A stretch of 63,627 nucleotides of DNA, filler included, from Perkinsus chesapeaki ATCC PRA-425 (Eukaryota > Protista > Perkinsozoa), in NCBI GenBank assembly GCA_013115145.1. It is 9 parts of 9 records of this genome, joined end to end, with 100 filler letters (N's around TTAATTAATTAA, not from the genome) between each part and the next. Parts side by side here need not be neighbours in the genome. Positions count along the whole stretch, not along the records: positions 60,214 to 62,483 come from JAAPAO010001641.1; positions 62,584 to 63,627 come from JAAPAO010002260.1; 7 more parts are not named here. One strand, given 5' to 3'. Numbering within the stretch: position 1 is the stretch's first letter; each line of letters begins with the position of its first letter. Below are positions 61,991-63,627 of the stretch, one piece after another. The position numbers and the translations under genes were made by a program. The notes beneath the pieces are model-generated. The model did no database searches. It was given only the letters and a program-made list of their open reading frames with translations, and was not told the DNA's origin.

Positions 61991-63281
61991 TGTCGGCCTA
62001 AGTAGGCTATGTGAAAGTAGGGCTCAGGAAGTAGGGGCCCCCTACAAAGGGTTTTGGCTACCTGTTGGGTGATAGCGAGCCCACCGGTTCCTATTTTTTT
62101 TAAGATATGTTTTTCAAGAGGTAGAGCCTTTGTTCTTGCGTTAGCAGTGTTCCGAGTCAGTCACGACCTCAGGGGCTCATTTTTCAGTTAATTTGCCCCC
62201 CTTCCCTCCGTGTTTTCGGTGGAAGAACTCGTGCGACTTCCACGATGCCGAAGAGAGTGAGATCCTTGGCGGGTAGACGCAGGGGAAGAGCTCGTTTTAG
62301 GGCCTCTAAGAGGGCGAGGTGCATGGAAAGAGAATCTCCCACGGAGGGAGCGTCAGCGACGAGCAACGCCAGTAGAGAAGGCGGGGCAGAAAGTTATTGG
62401 GACGGATTCAGGGTAATTCATTTTTTCCAAGCACCCTGGTGTAGATTCAAGCATATTTCTCGCTCGCCATTTATTCATCTTAANNNNNNNNNNNNNNNNN
62501 NNNNNNNNNNNNNNNNNNNNNNNNNNNTTAATTAATTAANNNNNNNNNNNNNNNNNNNNNNNNNNNNNNNNNNNNNNNNNNNNGAGTACTCCAGGAGTAC
62601 TTGAAATGCGCAATTCAGTTTAAGTGGAATTGGTATCGGTGTAACTCTCGCAAATCTGAACGAGATGCTTCACAGTAGGTTCCCTCAGACCACAGACGAG
62701 TATACGGTTTAGTACGACTAATCAGCAGATTGATGGTTGGAAATGCGTACACAGCTTGCTGCCGGTCACAAAGGTCGCCCAAAAGGACTGCGGATCTAGA
62801 TGATTAAAGCGAGTTTCCACTTGACTGATTGATACGTTGTTGCTGTCTTAAGCATAAATGAACCTATCAGTCCCTCCCATGCCAGATTGTTTACAACACT
62901 GTTCGCGAAGTTCAGAAACCAATTCAAGCGCTTTCCATCGTGACATTTCCATTGTGTCTCAGCGAGAACGTGAACTCATGTTGGTAGCGGTTTGATCCTC
63001 TATACTCGAGTTGAGTAGCTTTGAGTTGCTGATCAACTTGCAAAAACATATAATGAATCCCAACATACAATGAAATCAAGGGTGAGCGAAGCCTCGCGCA
63101 AGCAGAATGACAATGGCAGTTGCTACTGTAACGCGTGACACTGCTAAGCTTAGCGCAACTACCTACATTTGGTCGTGTTCGTAGCTTTTCATCGTCTAGG
63201 CTTGAGCAGTTAAAGTTTACTTCGGCAAGTCTACCATGATGAGCCTTATGTAGCATTGATCTTCCTCTTCTTGTTCTAACC

Positions 63282-63627
63282 ATGCGTTTCTCCCTTCTTC
63301 CGTTACTCGGACTCGTGGCTGCTAATAACAGCTATAGTGGACCCTCAAAGACACCTGACAACGGTACTTGTGCGGCTCATTTGATATTGTTGATTTTTCT
63401 TGCCAGAATACTATGGTCAAGCATCTGGTGGTGTAGGTGGAGGGTGTCCGATGCAGCAGGAGTCATTTGCATTTGTAACATCATGAACATCATTGCCGGC
63501 CTCATAAACTCCATTATTTATACTGGTTTGGTATTTGACAGTGAATAATACTCGTTTGTTTTTAGTACGATGGTAGCACCGTCTGCGCCAAGCGCTGCTC
63601 TACTGTCTCCGATTGTCCTCCTGCGTC
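63282..63627 (+). CDS. Small secreted Cys-rich hypothetical protein, spliced, cut by the window end
   Basis: Signal peptide MRFSLLPLLGLVAA; spliced reading DN|EYYGQASGGVGGGCPMQQESFAF|YDGSTVCAKRCSTVSDCPPA. Confidence 0.55.

Larger units (their letters stand above)
60214..62417 (+). mobile_element. DIRS-like element copy 2: 5' leader, intact gag and start of pol, truncated at about 62417; inverted relative to copy 1
   Basis: Collinear with the reverse complement of about 46230-48420; similarity ends after the GAESYWD codons. Confidence 0.93.

Noticed and set aside
5712-62539. TTAATTAATTAA embedded in N runs, 8 times (e.g. 5712, 34044, 42570, 48701, 50566, 52293, 60157, 62528)
   Set aside because: Artificial six-frame-stop contig linker, not biology. 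ORFs ending in XXX/LIN are artefactually truncated.

Overview
Eukaryotic, intron-rich protist DNA with many 41-47 nt spliceosomal introns. The gene families (CDPK, expanded secreted pepsin-like proteases) suggest an alveolate, most likely Perkinsus; this is inference. The window is a draft scaffold with N-gaps and artificial TTAATTAATTAA joins. The left half (1-34 kb) is gene-dense: PGAP1-like hydrolase, KIN17/GPKOW-like protein, WD40 protein, CDPK, aspartic protease, DCAF13/SOF1, tRNA-Cys(GCA), lipoyl synthase and hypothetical paralog pairs. The right half (34-63 kb) is a mobile-element nest: an intron-containing Helitron, a near-complete tyrosine-recombinase (DIRS-like) retrotransposon plus an inverted 5' partial copy, an intron-containing hAT transposase, and a 560-bp higher-order satellite. 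The main finding is a stereotyped 22-nt scar in which an 8-mer N1-N8 becomes N1-7 + revcomp(N1-8) + N2-8. I found 7 perfect copies, 3 one-mismatch copies and compound variants, with filled/empty comparisons inside the window for three of them. This product is predicted by hAT hairpin excision followed by annealing of two complementary 8-nt hairpin-derived overhangs. The scan was done by eye and is not exhaustive.
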